From assembly GCF_009914755.1 (NCBI RefSeq), contig NC_060934.1: DNA of 64,000 nt. The stretch is one strand, 5' to 3'. How positions within the stretch are numbered: the first letter of the stretch is position 1; every line of letters starts with the position of its first letter. The position numbers were made by a program, and so were the translations under genes. Source of the DNA: the human T2T-CHM13v2.0 reference genome, Homo sapiens. The notes beneath the pieces were generated by a model that was not told where the DNA came from, made no database searches, and saw nothing but the letters and a program-made list of their open reading frames with translations. Shown one piece after another: positions 17,803 through 34,674 of this stretch.

Positions 17803-19867
17803 TTTCTCCAATATTGAGCAATTTCTGGAAAATTGCAGTTCTTGTTTTAATTTCTTCAAAATCACATTTTGAAAAGCTCAAAAGAACATGAAAACATTGC
17901 AGTTTCTGGTAATCTCCCAAATCATGTGCTTGTCAGTTCTTAAGTAAGTGGATATTAAGAATCTCTTTTACTTTTTGTATTTTCTTTCCCTCCCACTTTG
18001 GCCTTTTCAGAAGATCAGAAACAATGTAAGAGCAAAATGGTTCAAAGAAGCATGTTTTCCATTTATTGATTTGATTTTTAAACATTCACTTGATATTTGA
18101 GAAAGGAGTTTATTTGTCACCATTTTAGTTGGGGATTTTAGAAATTTTATCAATATACACATTTCCTGACTTATAAAAACAGACTTATAAATAACTGATA
18201 AAATTACAAATGTTTATCCCTTCTCTCAACTGCTAGAGCCTCAGTAATTTCCATAAAAGCTGTCATGCCAGCAGGAAGGGGTGAGGAAGGAATATTTAGT
18301 TTCCCTGGATTCAGAACAGGAGGAAGGAAAGAAATTGTGCAAAAACAGTGTAAGAATCTGACTTCAGGAGACCTGGTCTGTCCATGCGTTCAGATCTCTC
18401 TCAACCTAAAGGAATTTTTTTTTCTTTTAAAATTTCATTTTACTTTCCTCAACTTCCTACCAATTAAAAATCTCACTCTCTCTCTGAAGATGTTATTAAA
18501 AGTGCAAATATCTTTGGGATGTTCAAGGATTATTAGTCATTTATATCTTAGTGTAAGGCTCAATAAAGTTGCTTTTCTTAAAGCACCTGAAAGAAATAAA
18601 AGCTGCCAAGTTTGCTTGGGGTATGGAAGAATTTTAAGATGTGAGGCAATTCAAAAGCCAAGGAATGCTGAGCCTGCCAAGTAGTAGCCATGCTTTGGTG
18701 GGGGGCAGAGAGAACTGGAGAGAAGGATACATCACGTGAGGCTCCCAAGTTGGCACAGAGGGGCAGCAAGAGAGTTAGGGCAGTCCAAGGAATAAACTGC
18801 TTACTTTGATAAATTGTCTATATTTCACCATGTCTCAAGGTTTTAATTTCTAGTTTAGAAGGGGAAAAATGATCCATTCAAACATCCAGTTTGTTTTCTC
18901 CAGGAAGACAAACTTTTATTTATCCCTTTACTTCAGGCAGGGAGGACGGGGAATATCCTTCATCTTAACTGGGTGCAGAAGTTTCCTGTTTCCTGTGTTG
19001 TACCAATAGATAATTTTCCACGTGTATTTGCAGTGCATTACAGACTCTTAGAGCATTAGGAAAACTGGAAGAGTCTCATTAGTCCACTCTTCTGGACTCA
19101 ACCGCATGCCAGATAGAAGTTCTTGAGTTTTCAGAGCAAATTGGCAGCAGAGCCAACCATAGAAACCCCCTTGCTGGGTCTGTAACATTAACTAATAAAC
19201 ACTTTGTATAAAAATGTGGGAAACTAATTAATAATGAGGCAGGAAAGTAAAGGAATGTAACTTATCAGTTTCATTTTCCCCGAAGTGTGTTTTCATGCTA
19301 TGTCTTGCAGAGCATTTCTAACTTAAGAGTGCGCCATGCTTGGGAGGCTGGTTAAAGTGCTTCATCTGCTTCACCACCACCTTTGTCCTTCATTCTCGTG
19401 TGGGCTGTCTTGTTGTCTCTCTCTGCTGCCTCACTTTTCTCCTGTGCCTTTCTCCATGCTTCTCACTTTTTTGGGGAAGGGAAGTGGTGGTGAGAGGTCA
19501 TCCTATTCCTCTTACAACTTCCCCTTTAGGAGGAGGCTGGCTGGGGCATCCAGGCCCTGGGGTCCCTCAGGCTCTGGCCCTTGGGCCTGCCCTGCCCCAT
19601 CATGCATCAATTTACATGAAATAATAGGATGTAACTTTATATAATGGGCGAAAATGAAATTATCAACTGAATTAGCATTCATGCTCGGTTCTATTCCTCT
19701 AGAACTGCGAGGAGTAGGGTACTGCTATTGGTTTTACATGCCAGCAACATCCTTCTTAAATGGTTCCCTTCTAATGTGGCTTCTTGAAGATGGATGGATT
19801 TCTGATCCAAGGCCCCTAGTAGTAACCCTTAACATTGATCGGTTCATTCAAAAGTTACGTCATCACA

Positions 19868-20015
19868 AGCCAGTGTGGTGGTGCGTACCTGTAGACCCAG
19901 GGTCTTGGGAGGCTGAGGTGGAGGATGGCTTGATCCCAGGAGCTTGAGGGCAGCCTGGGGAACGTAGAAAGACCTCATCTCTAAAATCATTAAGAATTAA
20001 ATTAAAATTTAAAAA
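19868..20015 (+). mobile_element. FLAM (Alu monomer)
   Basis: Single arm; TSD aaaagtt..gtcatc.ca. Confidence 0.88.
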
Positions 20016-20105
20016 GTTGTGTCATCGCAGTGGTCAAGCTTCAGATAATTTATGTTTGCAGAGTATATAAAGGTATCCAAAAAGTCCTTCATTTATATGC
20101 ATAAC

Positions 20106-20393
20106 TTTTTTTTTTAAAATAAAGAGTCAGGGTCTTGCTCTGTCACTCAGGCTGAAGTGCAGTGGTGCGATCCTAGCTCACTGTAACCTTGAATTCCTGG
20201 TCTCAAGAAATCCTCCTGCTTCAGCCTCCTGAGTAGTTGGAACTCCAGGCATATGCCACCACACCTGGCTAGTTTCAGTAATTTTTGTGAATATGGGATC
20301 TCACTATGTTACGCAAGCTGGTCTCAAACTCCTGGCCTCAAGTGATCTCCCCACGTTGGTCTCCCAAAGTGCTGGGATTACAGATGCCCGCCC
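20106..20393 (-). mobile_element. AluJ
   Basis: Antisense dimer. Confidence 0.92.
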
Positions 20394-20477
20394 TACCTAA
20401 ACATTTTCATATTTAAATACATTTTACACTTGAAAAATATTGAGTTTAAACAATATTATTTTTAAATACACTGAAGT

Positions 20478-20580
20478 GGTGGTTCTTCAGCCCTCTGAAA
20501 GGTTGTATAAATGTCTAGTTTCATAGCTGTCATCAGAATCTCAAAGGGTCCCATAATTCAAACAAAGGTAAAGAACCATT
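20478..20580. mobile_element. hAT-Charlie MITE remnant (MER112-like)
   Basis: Imperfect TIRs gtggttctt.../...aagaaccatt; tctcaaagggtcc...aaaggtaaagaacca. Confidence 0.45.
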
Positions 20581-20982
20581 AATTTGGATGATCAATGTGT
20601 CATTTAACCAACTCACCGAGGTTGCTGATTTTTGTCTGTGTCCTATTTTGGATGCATTTCCTCATTGATTTTCTTTCATTTATGGCTTAAAAGACTTCCA
20701 TTGACAGGATCTTCTCACATCACATTCCATTATATGCTGTTGATGGATTTGGGACCATAACTGAGTAAAAGGCAGGCCACAGACAGAACAGATTTTCATA
20801 TTAACACAAGATGACTTCTGTTGTAGAATTGTGAGCTTTAGAATTAACAGACTAGAGTTCAGCTCTGTGGCAAAGGTTACTTGCAATCTATTCTGTAATT
20901 TCATTGAGTGTCAGTTTCCTGATCTGTATATTGGGAAAGGGCATCTACTTCATGGAGTTGTCATGAGGATGACACAAGATAA

Positions 20983-21397
<415 letters not shown>

Positions 21398-22733
21398 TAG
21401 AGGCAAAGTCTCCACCCCAATGGTATTTGTGATATTTACCTATGGGTTGATCTTCTATTTTTAGGTCCAGAATGAAAATCCTTCAGATTTCAACTCTTAC
21501 ACTAACAAAACTTTCATTCTGCAACATTACCTTTTTTTTTTCTTCATTCCATCTCTTCTGTTGTACTCCTTACCTTCCTCACTTTCAGCAAATCCTGCCA
21601 CTTTTTCCATTAACCACAGGAAGAGTCAATTCACAGTAATCTCACTGCCTCCAAGGACCTAAGAGAAAAAAAGCTATCAAAGGGACAAATAAATATAATA
21701 TGTTTAAAGCATGACAATAAATTACATAACTTCATCTCAAATCTTGCTCTGTGGGAAGGTTGATATGAATCGTTTGAAGAAACATGAAACAGATCCTAAA
21801 GACAGGCGATTTTTCATAGTGAAATGCAATTTTTTTTCAAGCTTCAAAGCAAAGGTTCCTTTTGTCATCTGCTTGATAGGTTATTTTTGACAGGATTTAA
21901 CTTATTAAATTGTTCTCCTGCCCTTTCAAACGGTCTGGGCATAGGAGCTTGCTAGGGAAAATGATGAATGTTTGTTCTTAATTGAAATTTTGAAATAACC
22001 ATGTGGCAAAGCATAGTGAATGCATTTGCTCTTCTGCAAAAGTTTCAAAAATGAGTGCCTTGTGTAGCACCACACTGATACTCAATAAGCAATACTAGGG
22101 TGATCTGAGGAATGAGTTAGAATAATCTGCTTTCTGGACCAGTATTTTTATAAAAGTGTTCTTTGTAGCTGTGATTAATCAAACTCTTCAAAGATTCTTT
22201 CTGTAATTTAGACATAATTCTTTCTTATTGATTAAGAACTATACCACATTATACCAATAAAAAGCGTGAATATGCCCATGAAAATTATTACATAATTATT
22301 TATACTAATAGAGAAACCTAATTTTTTGTTGGCTAACAAAAAGTTGCTGAATTTTCAGCATCACAGTTTCAAAAGATTTCCGTTAAATTGTGTGAAGTTG
22401 AGAAATGTAAGCAATTGAATTGTGATGTAGATCGAAGGACTTTGCTGGTGCTATATAAGCTGTATTCTAGTTGCATAAACATGTTAATTAGTGAAATATA
22501 CTTCTTATCAAAAACTTAATAAAATAGAATATTAAAAGGATGCAGAATTTTCTAAAAATTTAATTGCCATGCAACACTTTTATAGCCACTGTCTCTAATG
22601 ACTATCATTTCCTCTTCCAACTACATCTCACTTCACACAAATTCTGTGTCTGAAAAGTTGCCTTTGTGTTTTATTGTTATAAATTGAATCATATAGGTGC
22701 ACTAGAGAAATTTGTTCTTTTAAAGAATCTGTG

Positions 22734-23002
<269 letters not shown>

Positions 23003-23316
23003 TTAGGAAAATGTGAATAGCTACTGCCTAAATATCATTTTGTAATTCTGAATTTGTCTAGAACATGTGAGAGAAGAAGAAAAGTTGGGGAGAAGGGCAC
23101 CAACAATGATTGAATATCTTTTGGGGCAGGCATCTCATGTGATCTCCCAACAATATGCAAATTAGATATCCTCACCCCATTTACAGAAGAGAACACTGCT
23201 CAAGTCCACATAGTTAATAGTGGAAAAAAATTTTGATGACAAGATTTCAATATTACATATGATCATATATATCTTTATTATGAAGAATGTCATGTACTAT
23301 AATTTCAAATGTAGTA

Positions 23317-23693
23317 TAGTTGGCCCTCTGTATCCATGGGTTGCAAATTTGTGGATTCAACCAACCACTGGTTGAAGATATTTGAGAAAACTAACAGGAT
23401 GGTTCCATCTGTACTGAGCACATACAGACTTGTTTTCTTGCCATTATTCCCTCAACAATACCGTATAGTAATTATTTACATAGCACTTACGTTGTTCTAG
23501 GTATTATAAGTAATCTACACATGATTAAAAGTATATGGGAAGATGTGTTCAGGTTATACACAAATACTACCCCATTTTATATTAGGGACTTGAGCATCTT
23601 TGAATTTTGGCATGGGGGAGTGGGCTGTGGGGAGGGGGTGGGGGTGAGGGTTGATCCTGGAACTAATTCCCCGAGAGTACTGAGGGATGACTG
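23317..23693 (+). mobile_element. MER2 (TcMar-Tigger MITE)
   Basis: TIRs (t)agttggccctc.../...gagggatgactg, TA TSD, MER2 internal sequence. Confidence 0.9.
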
Positions 23694-24195
23694 TAATTCA
23701 TTCTTCCCATCACTCAGATTAAAAAATTATTAAGACTGACATATTTGCTTCATCTCTCTTTTCTTTTACTTTTTTAAGTTTGCTGAAGAATTTTTAAGCG
23801 AGTGCCAGATGTATAATTTTACCTCGACTTATATCAATATCCATCTCTAAAAAACGTGGACTTTAAAAACTAACAACAATACCTAATCAATTAACAATAA
23901 TTCCTTGGCATCATGTAAGAGTCAGTCCATAATTAATTTCCCTAATTGCTTTCAAAATACCTTTTCTTCATGCTGTTTTTTCACATCAAATTATAAGCAT
24001 GTATTTTAATAAGACGACTGACTGTGTTCCTGTGATTCCAGAAAACAGCGATGATGCCGAGGCGAGATCTCCGGTCTCAACAACTAATGGTTGTTTGCAA
24101 ACATTAAACCATTATGCAAAGTATGATGTAATGTGCTCAGATGTGTGAATTTCATAGTCCATCAATTAAAAGAAAAAAATTGGCAAGATCCATCC

Positions 24196-24220
24196 TTTTT
24201 TTTTTTTTTTTTTTTTTTTT
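24196..24220. repeat. T25 mononucleotide tract
   Basis: 25 consecutive T, not attached to an Alu. Confidence 0.97.
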
Positions 24221-24239
24221 AGTTTAGTTTTGTTCTTTA

Positions 24240-24558
<319 letters not shown>

Positions 24559-24746
24559 GAGGGAAAATATATAATCTACCAACACTTTTATTTCATTTTT
24601 CAGAAGGACATTTTAATCCCCGAAAGTAGGAAAACTTCATTTCACAATGACAGGTCTTCTAGGAAAGGACATTTAGTAAATCTGGAAATGTTTTTTAGAA
24701 TATGGATTTGCCAGTTAAAAAAATAATTCAAAATTATTAATGTTGG

Positions 24747-25050
<304 letters not shown>

Positions 25051-25109
25051 TCAAATGTTGCAAGTATATGGTGAAAAACATTATTCAGTATACCTAGGAT
25101 CAAAAGAAG

Positions 25110-25315
25110 CTGCATAATGCAGTGATTGAGCTTACAGGGTCTGGAGTCAGACAGACCTGACCACTTACTTGACCTTTTAATACTTTAGTCTTCTCATCTG
25201 TCAAATAGGATAACAACAGTTCTTACTCCTAAGATTCTTATCAACAGGAATGTAAAATATCTAACACATTATTTGGCACATAGTATGTACTTAACAAATT
25301 CTAGCTAATTATTAA
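25110..25315 (+). mobile_element. MIR
   Basis: tctggagtcagacagacctg...tctcatctgtcaaataggataac. Confidence 0.75.
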
Positions 25316-25720
25316 CTTCTGAATATTCAGACAGCATGACCAAAGAACATAAACAAACTCAGCCTCTCTTCTGGACTTGGTTTTCATAGAACTTGGAAGG
25401 TTGGTGGGGAAACTCCATTTTTATCTTCTCAAGTCAGATGATTGTTTTTGTCAGCCTGCTGTTGTGTAGAGCGGGTAGAATTAATGATAGCTCTAGGGGG
25501 ATGTATTTGAAAAGAAGAGCATATTAAGTGTTGACAGGGTTCTTTCTTTCTTGTTTGTTACATATTTTGGTGACTAAGTAGCAAAGCCTTTCTAAGTATG
25601 TCTTCCAAGTTGACATGCTAGTCATATTTTCTAAGCTTTTCCATAATTCCCTCCTAACTTTTCTAAGGACTATAGAGTTGATTTAATAAAAACAAATTCA
25701 TTGTTATAGATTGAAAAACT

Positions 25721-26035
25721 GGCCGGGCGCAGTGGCTCACACCCGTATTCCCAGCACTTTGGGAGGCCAAGGCGGGCGGATCATGAGGTCAGGAGATTGA
25801 GACCATCCTGGCTAACACTGTGAAACCCCATCTCTACTAAAAATAGAAAAAAATTAGCCAGGCATGGTGGTGGGTGCCTGTAGTCCCAGATACTTGGGAG
25901 GCTGAGGCAGGAGAATGGTGTGAACCAGGAGTCAGAGTTTGCAGTGAGCGGTGATTGCACCACTGCATTCCAGCCTGGGTGACAGAGCAAGACTCCATCT
26001 CAAAAAAAAAAAAAAAAAGAAAAAAAAAAAGAAAA
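25721..26035 (+). mobile_element. AluY/Sc-type
   Basis: gagaccatcctggctaacac; A-rich tail. Confidence 0.94.
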
Positions 26036-26069
26036 ACCGAGGTACAAAATAATTCTATAACTTGCTTAA

Positions 26070-26320
26070 CCATAATAATAGCTAACGTATATTGAGACTT
26101 AACCTTCTGACTGCTTTATGTTAATCTTCTCTCATATGACCCTCGAAGCAATACTGGGAGGTTGGTGTGATTTCACCCTCATTTTAAAGACAAAGGAAAC
26201 TGAGGCGCAGGGAGGTTAAGAAACTTGCCCAGGATCATAAAGCTGGTAGATGTGAGTGTCAGGATCCATGCTGGGCCGTCTGGTTTCAGAGTGTGTGTTC
26301 TTAATCCCTCTAAATGTGAC
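26070..26320 (-). mobile_element. MIR
   Basis: ggaaactgaggcgcagggaggttaagaaacttgcccaggatca. Confidence 0.8.
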
Positions 26321-26442
26321 TTCTCATGGGATGTTTAGCATGAATGACTCAGATAAGGCTTGGGCTCTAGTCCCTCATTTATCGAGGTATCTTTTCCTTG
26401 GTTGTGGTAGTATTTCTTCACTGGTATCTCTTTCTCACCTCC

Positions 26443-26740
26443 CTTTTTTATTTTTTGAGACAGGTTCTCACTCTATTGCCTAGGCTGGAGTGCAGTGATG
26501 TGAACACGGCTCAATGCAGCCTCGACTTCCTGGGCTCAATTGATCCTCCCATCTCAGCCTCCCAAGTAGTGGGGGCTATAGCTGTGCACCAACCATGCCC
26601 AGCTAATTTTTGTTACTTTTTGTAGAGATGAGGTTTCTCCATGTTGCCCAGGCTGGTCTCAAACTCCTGAGCTCAAGCAATCTGCCTGCTTTGGCCTCCC
26701 AAAGTCCTGGGATTAGAGATATGAGCCACCAAGCATGACC
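26443..26740 (-). mobile_element. AluJ
   Basis: Antisense dimer. Confidence 0.92.
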
Positions 26741-27549
26741 TCATCCCAAATTTGTAAAAGAAAACTAAAGGACAAGATCTTTGTGTGAATCATCTCCCTA
26801 TCATTCCCTCCTTCTCCATATGTCAGCACCACCAACTGCAACATCAGCAGAAGATACATTAAGTGGAATCCTCTTGTGTTCAAAGAGCAGCTCATCACCA
26901 CAGCTGGAGTTAGGGGATGAAGAGGGGGAGGTGGGCAGGCCCCCTCCAACTCCTGTGAGCTGCCACATCTGGTCCCCTCTCTCTTTCACCCCCTGAGCCA
27001 GGAATGCAAACCAGAGGCAGTCTCCACCCCTCCATCAGCCCCAGGACCCCACTGTACCTCTTTGTTGTTTCACAAAGATGTGTTTGTTCGATCTTTCCAT
27101 CTCCTCATTGTTTCTCTCTAAATAGAGAGAGAGAGATGAGGGCAGAGGAGGAATTGCAATCACACCCTTCAGAGGGGGAGAGACCAAAATACCATCCCAT
27201 GCTTGTCAAAGGCACATTTCCTCAAAATGTCTCCTAACTGAAATTCACACTTTTTCTCTTCTTGTGCTCTTTAATCTGATTGATTGTGTGGGTATCTGAG
27301 GGAGCAGGGCTGTCCATTCAGAATTCATTTTGGCCACATAATGCTGTGATCGTGGCCTAATTCTGCACATAAAACCCAGGTTTTGATTGAGGACAAGATT
27401 TTTAAAAAATTCTTACACATAGTTATCTTATGGTCATTAGGGGATTAGAGAGATGCTTTTAGGAAAAAGAAGTAGCTGGAAAGATATTATAGGAGCCGTC
27501 CATTTGAGCAAAAAAGTATTTTTGAGACTAGAATTCCAGTCAAAAGTTT

Positions 27550-28168
<619 letters not shown>

Positions 28169-28444
28169 GTTCTTAAAAAAGTTCCTGTTCTTTAAAAACC
28201 TTCCTTTGATTCTTTTACTGGATTTAAATAATGTCATCTCTTTCAGATTAGATTTTGATGGTGATTTCTTTGCTTTCCTCAGAATATCTAAAGGTTTATA
28301 TCAGCTATGCACATAACCCAAGTTTGACCAGTTTTCGATTGTTTCACAATGTGGTCCATGCTCTGGGGTTTATATCCCTGGGGAGGACTGGTGGGCTCCC
28401 CTGACGAAGCATAACTGGATGAAGGGGAGGAGGGTCCCAAGGCA

Positions 28445-29401
<957 letters not shown>

Positions 29402-29479
29402 CTATGCAGTGTGATAGCTATGATCACAGTTTTGTTTTAGTATGATCCCCTTGATCTGGGAAAAGGGCTTCCCATTTTG

Positions 29480-29665
29480 GAAGCAAACTTGAAGGAGGCC
29501 AGAGAAGACCCTATTGCAGCTATTCACATAAGAGGCCATTAGGTCCTAAGGTGAGGCGATGGTGTGGATGGAGCCCAGAGGGCAGATTCCACATGAACTT
29601 AGGAGGTAGAATTGAGAGGACATGGTGATAAATTGGATGTGATAGGCAGGGAAAGGAAAGGACCT
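29480..29665 (-). mobile_element. L2 fragment
   Basis: ctattgcag...ttaggaggtagaattgagaggacatggtgataaattggatgtg. Confidence 0.7.
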
Positions 29666-30456
29666 AGGGTCCTTTGTTTAATTAAGTTTTGGCATTTATG
29701 ACTCGCTGTGTTATTCCCAGTTATGACCTACAGAGTAAATCAAAATAATAACACAGACAAATAAGCCTGAGAAAGGGTTCAGTCAATGATCCAGGAGGGA
29801 GGAGCCGGATGTGAGGATCAAGAATCAAGCAAAACAACTAGAGTGCCAGGAACAGAAACTCAGGCTTCCAAGATGGGAGGAATCTGACAATTCTGCCAAA
29901 CACTATCTAATTCACCCAAGACTGTTGAAGATGGCTGCACTCTCATCAGTGGTTAAGACCCACAGGTCTTCAGGGAACTTTAAAACTTCATCTCAGGCAA
30001 AATCTTCTGAAATGTGACATGAAATTGGTGGTAGTCCTATGGAGAAGGAAGCCTGCATTATATAGTTCCCCTAAATGACAAGCTGTGTACATGTAACACA
30101 CATGCACACACACATATTGTGAGGGTGTCTTCATTTGAAGTTAACTGCTAGGAAACAGGCCATCACTTTATACTAGGCATTGATGTTCTCACATCCAGGG
30201 GTCATTGATGCACAGGGATCTTTTTGTCTCTTTGGCATGTACAGTATATGTCAGCTCTAACAAGTTCTCCATCTATTCCACATGGAAAGGGAAGTCCAAG
30301 ACTGTTTACAGAAGAGAAAGAATTCAGGGTAATTTTTGTTCTGAGGTTCTGTTTTCCTTCTGGTCTAGTTTAGTGGAGAGACTGAAGTATTATAAATGTC
30401 CACTTAGATGTGCTGCTCTCACTTCAAAGCATAAGATTCTCCAAATATATTTATCA

Positions 30457-30906
<450 letters not shown>

Positions 30907-32484
30907 TTACCAGTGTCTCTAGAGCAATGATATAAATAACATGTGCTTACTTTTCAACTTACAAAAGAAATGACAAGACTAATGAGTTTTTGGTAGTCTC
31001 ATAAATACCATGTCTGAAAATAGTTCATCAGTTTTTGGGACTCATCCATGAAATGCTTACATATTGTTTCAGTAAGGTACACATTTTGTCACACTTTAGC
31101 GGTTTGGAAAGAGTACCATCAATAATGAGATTAAGGAGAATTGTACAATTTGCATGGGAATTTAGGTATGAGAGAATTCTCCTAACATGTAAAATATCTG
31201 CAATTCTGACATCTTAGTACATTTGCATGAAGGTAACTGAGGGCCAAAAAAGAAAAAGGCGCTATATTGTGTCAAACATGAGACCTCCCCTGAAATTCCC
31301 ATTTCGGTTACACACTGTTTGCTACATCTGAAGATGAAATTGTTCTCTCACTTCCTTTTCTTTTGTTCCAAATCTGACCTCTGAAGACAGGCTAAATGGG
31401 CACCCAAAGAGGAAGAACATATTTGCAGCCTAGACCATTGCAGTTGCTATGTTAGGTGGTACAGAAGTCTTTTGTCTTGGCCAACAGTGCTGTAGTCAAG
31501 TCCTACATTCTGTGTGGGAGGCCAAGAAAGAGGCAATAACATATTTTAATATTTCGACCCTTCTTTGAAGTCAATATGAGTGTGGAGCGAGGTGTTTTGT
31601 AGCTATTAAATATATCTATCAAGTAAGACATTTTAGCTCCTGTAAAAATATATTATTTTTTGAAAGCTTATTATTGTTCTCAATTCTGATTCTAGGTAGC
31701 CGCTATCTTGCTAAAATAAATAGAAACAATGTTTAACAACTTTTAGGTTGTGTTCATAACATGCCAGATTTTAAAGTAGCCCAGACAGTTACGAGGACCT
31801 CTGAATTTTCAGTCTAACTTAATATTTCCTGAAAGGTCTGCCAAAAACTGCAGAGGGGGAATGCCAATTTTAAGTGCGTGTGAAGTTGGGAGGAGACAGG
31901 GAGAACTTTGCCTCTTTCTGTTCCAGATTAGGATACATAAAGAGTCAAATTTATTCTGGGCTGCCCTTTGCTAGAAACTGACAGCCCAGGCAGCTAACTC
32001 CTGGCCTCAGTGGAAGTTGCCTTAAAATCAAAGAACCTGTCCCTCTAGGAGGTAGGAAGGAAGGGGATCAGAGACAAACTAGGGGGCTCCTTTGCATATA
32101 TTTCCAGGGATCAATCGCTTGTTGATATAGCTGGCTTTGCAAGTAGATCACAACTTGAAGTGTTTGAAAAAAATTACTTCCTTTTTAATCTTCCAAAGAT
32201 GTTTTTAATACTGTTTCTCAGCGGAGGCCAATGGTGGAAATACCAATAAAATCTGCTGTTTGAAGAGCCAGTCCTCCCTAGGTCCTGCATCCTAGGCTCT
32301 GCTGTGCCGAAAGCATCCTTTTCCTGTGTTCCATAGAAGTAGTGGTTCATTCCATTTATTTGGCATAAAGGATATGCTAATTGTATTGCTAAATATTATT
32401 TTTATTTGCAAACAGATGGGAGAAAAGTTAAAGTGTTGTTAAATATTTGTAGGCTTCTGTTCTGTCTCCATAACTGAGTTGTAA

Positions 32485-32735
32485 CTTTAGAGCCAGGTAG
32501 TCAAGAGTGTTGGCTCCAGTCCCATTGCCTGGGTTTAATATTGAGCTTTTTCTTCTCCTAACTGTAACCACATTATCCAACTTTTCTAAGCCTCAACTTA
32601 GCCATTCGTAAAATGAGAATCATCACAGTACTTCCCTGTAGAGTTATTGTGAAGATAAAGAAGATAGCATGTAAAGTGCTTAGCAGATGTGCCAGGCACA
32701 TTGGAAGCAGTCAGTAAATGTTACCTATTATTAAT
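32485..32735 (+). mobile_element. MIR
   Basis: gtaaaatgagaatcat...catgtaaagtgcttagcag. Confidence 0.8.
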
Positions 32736-33447
32736 TAATGTGTCCTTTGAGTAAGGAAGGCGTTTCTACTGTAGCAGAGGCAAAATACTGTAAAATCAGA
32801 TTCTATCAGGTACCTGGCCATCTTCCTTTTGGTGACCCAAGTTGATGGGGAATTTGGAAGGTAGTGGTGGTTTGAAGCTGTTTCCTCCCTGTCATCTATT
32901 AAGGGAAAAGAGAAAAAAGAAGAGTGGTCTGGCTCTGAGAAAACCAGGTCAAGCTTTGTTTCCCATTTAGACATTCTGTGTATAAATGCATATCATGATT
33001 CCCAGAATTCCTTCATGACAGCTCCCTGAGTTAATGGTCAAGGAGGATTTTCTCAGGCTAGGCATACCCGGATCTGCCTCAGAAGAGATCGCCAAATAGT
33101 TCCTATTTTTGGCCTTTGGCTTAGAAAAAGGGGACAAACTGCTTTTCTCAAAAAGCTTTCTGGGACATTAAACAACTTTTTTTTTTTTTAAGAAGAGGAG
33201 ATTGTTTAAAAAGGAAACAGCCTAGAAGGCTGTCCAATTTCACTCTATTAGGATATAATTTTTTTCTCTTGTGTCCTCTTTCTTAGACATTATTCTTCTC
33301 ATTTTTCTAGTTTGTCTCCCAGCATATGTAAGAAACATAAAGAGCCAATAGGAGGGCACTAAATTTTTCCATTGGCTTCTTGGCCATTGTCTGGGGGACT
33401 GATGTGGCTGCTGTGGCTGGGGTTTCACTCAGCAATGCCTTGGGGCT

Positions 33448-33473
33448 GTGTGTGTGTGTGTGTGTGTGTGTGT
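33448..33473. repeat. (TG)13 microsatellite
   Basis: Visible array. Confidence 0.95.
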
Positions 33474-34049
33474 ATAAGATGAAGTCAAGTCTGGGCTGGT
33501 CCAGAGTGGACTGGGAGTAGAATCTGGGCCATTGGTTGACAGAGGAACAAGCATGCAAAGAGTTTGGACTTTTGGACTCTCTTCTCATGGTCAGGCTTGC
33601 TGTTTCACCTCTGCCTTTAATACCTTCTCATCATATTCTTAACTGTCAAGACAATTCATTAACTTAAGGTTTGCCAAGAAGGCAGCACTGCTTCTGAGAA
33701 CACACTCCTGGAGAATGAGTAGTCCCTTCTCACCTCCTTCTCGGTCACTGCTAGCTACACTTCCGCTGTATGGCATCTCTTTCTCACCTCTTCTTCCCTA
33801 TCCTCAATTTTCTCCTGTTGTGTTTTCAGAATCTTAAAATTTTCTACCGGGTGCCTGTCTTCATTTCTCTTTTCTTTTTCAGTTGCAGAAAGCCCCTCCA
33901 AATTTTCTCTACTCTGAGGCCTCCTGATTTAGGACACATATAGAAAGTTATTTTACTTCTAGAGTCTCACCAAGAAAGGAAGTAGCAGTTTTGTTCATAA
34001 CCAACAATCTCTTTTCCCTAAGAAGCAACAGTAACAATAACAACAATAG

Positions 34050-34420
34050 TGTCTTAGTCCATTTTGCATTGCTGTAACAGAATACCACAGACTGTGTAAT
34101 TTATTTTTAAAAAAGAAATGTATTTCTTACAGTTCTGGAGGCTGGGAAGTCCAAGATCAAGCAGCTGCATCTCGTGAGGGCCTTCCTGCTGCATCATAAT
34201 GTGGCAGAGGGCATTACATGGTGAGACAGAGCAAGCATCTTAGCTCAGGTCTCTCTTCGTCTCCTTATAAAGACATCAGTCCCATCATGAGGGATTCACG
34301 GTGACCTTATCTAATCCTAATTACCTCCCAAAGGCCTCGCCTCCAAATACCACCAACATATGAATTTGAGGACTAAGATTCCAGCACATGAAATTTGGGG
34401 AAAATATTCAAACCATAGGA
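34050..34420 (-). mobile_element. MST(C/D)/MLT1A MaLR LTR
   Basis: tgtcttagtccatttt...cagttctggaggctgggaagtccaagatcaag...attcaaaccatag; 5-bp TSD aa(t/c)ag. Confidence 0.85.
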
Positions 34421-34674
34421 AACAGTAACACACATAAAATTATGAAGAATCTACTCCATCTATGTATTTTTTAAAATGTCAAATAACATTTCAATAATTT
34501 GATTAAGAGCTTAAAGACCTTAGACATAAAAGCATTTCATTTTAAATGGTAATATTTATACATATAACAGTTCATGAAGGAAAAACACCTTTCAATGAAA
34601 CACATCAAAATATATCCCCAAATGTGAATATTCTTGTGTTCTTTCATTCTATCATCAGAATTTTAAAATATACA

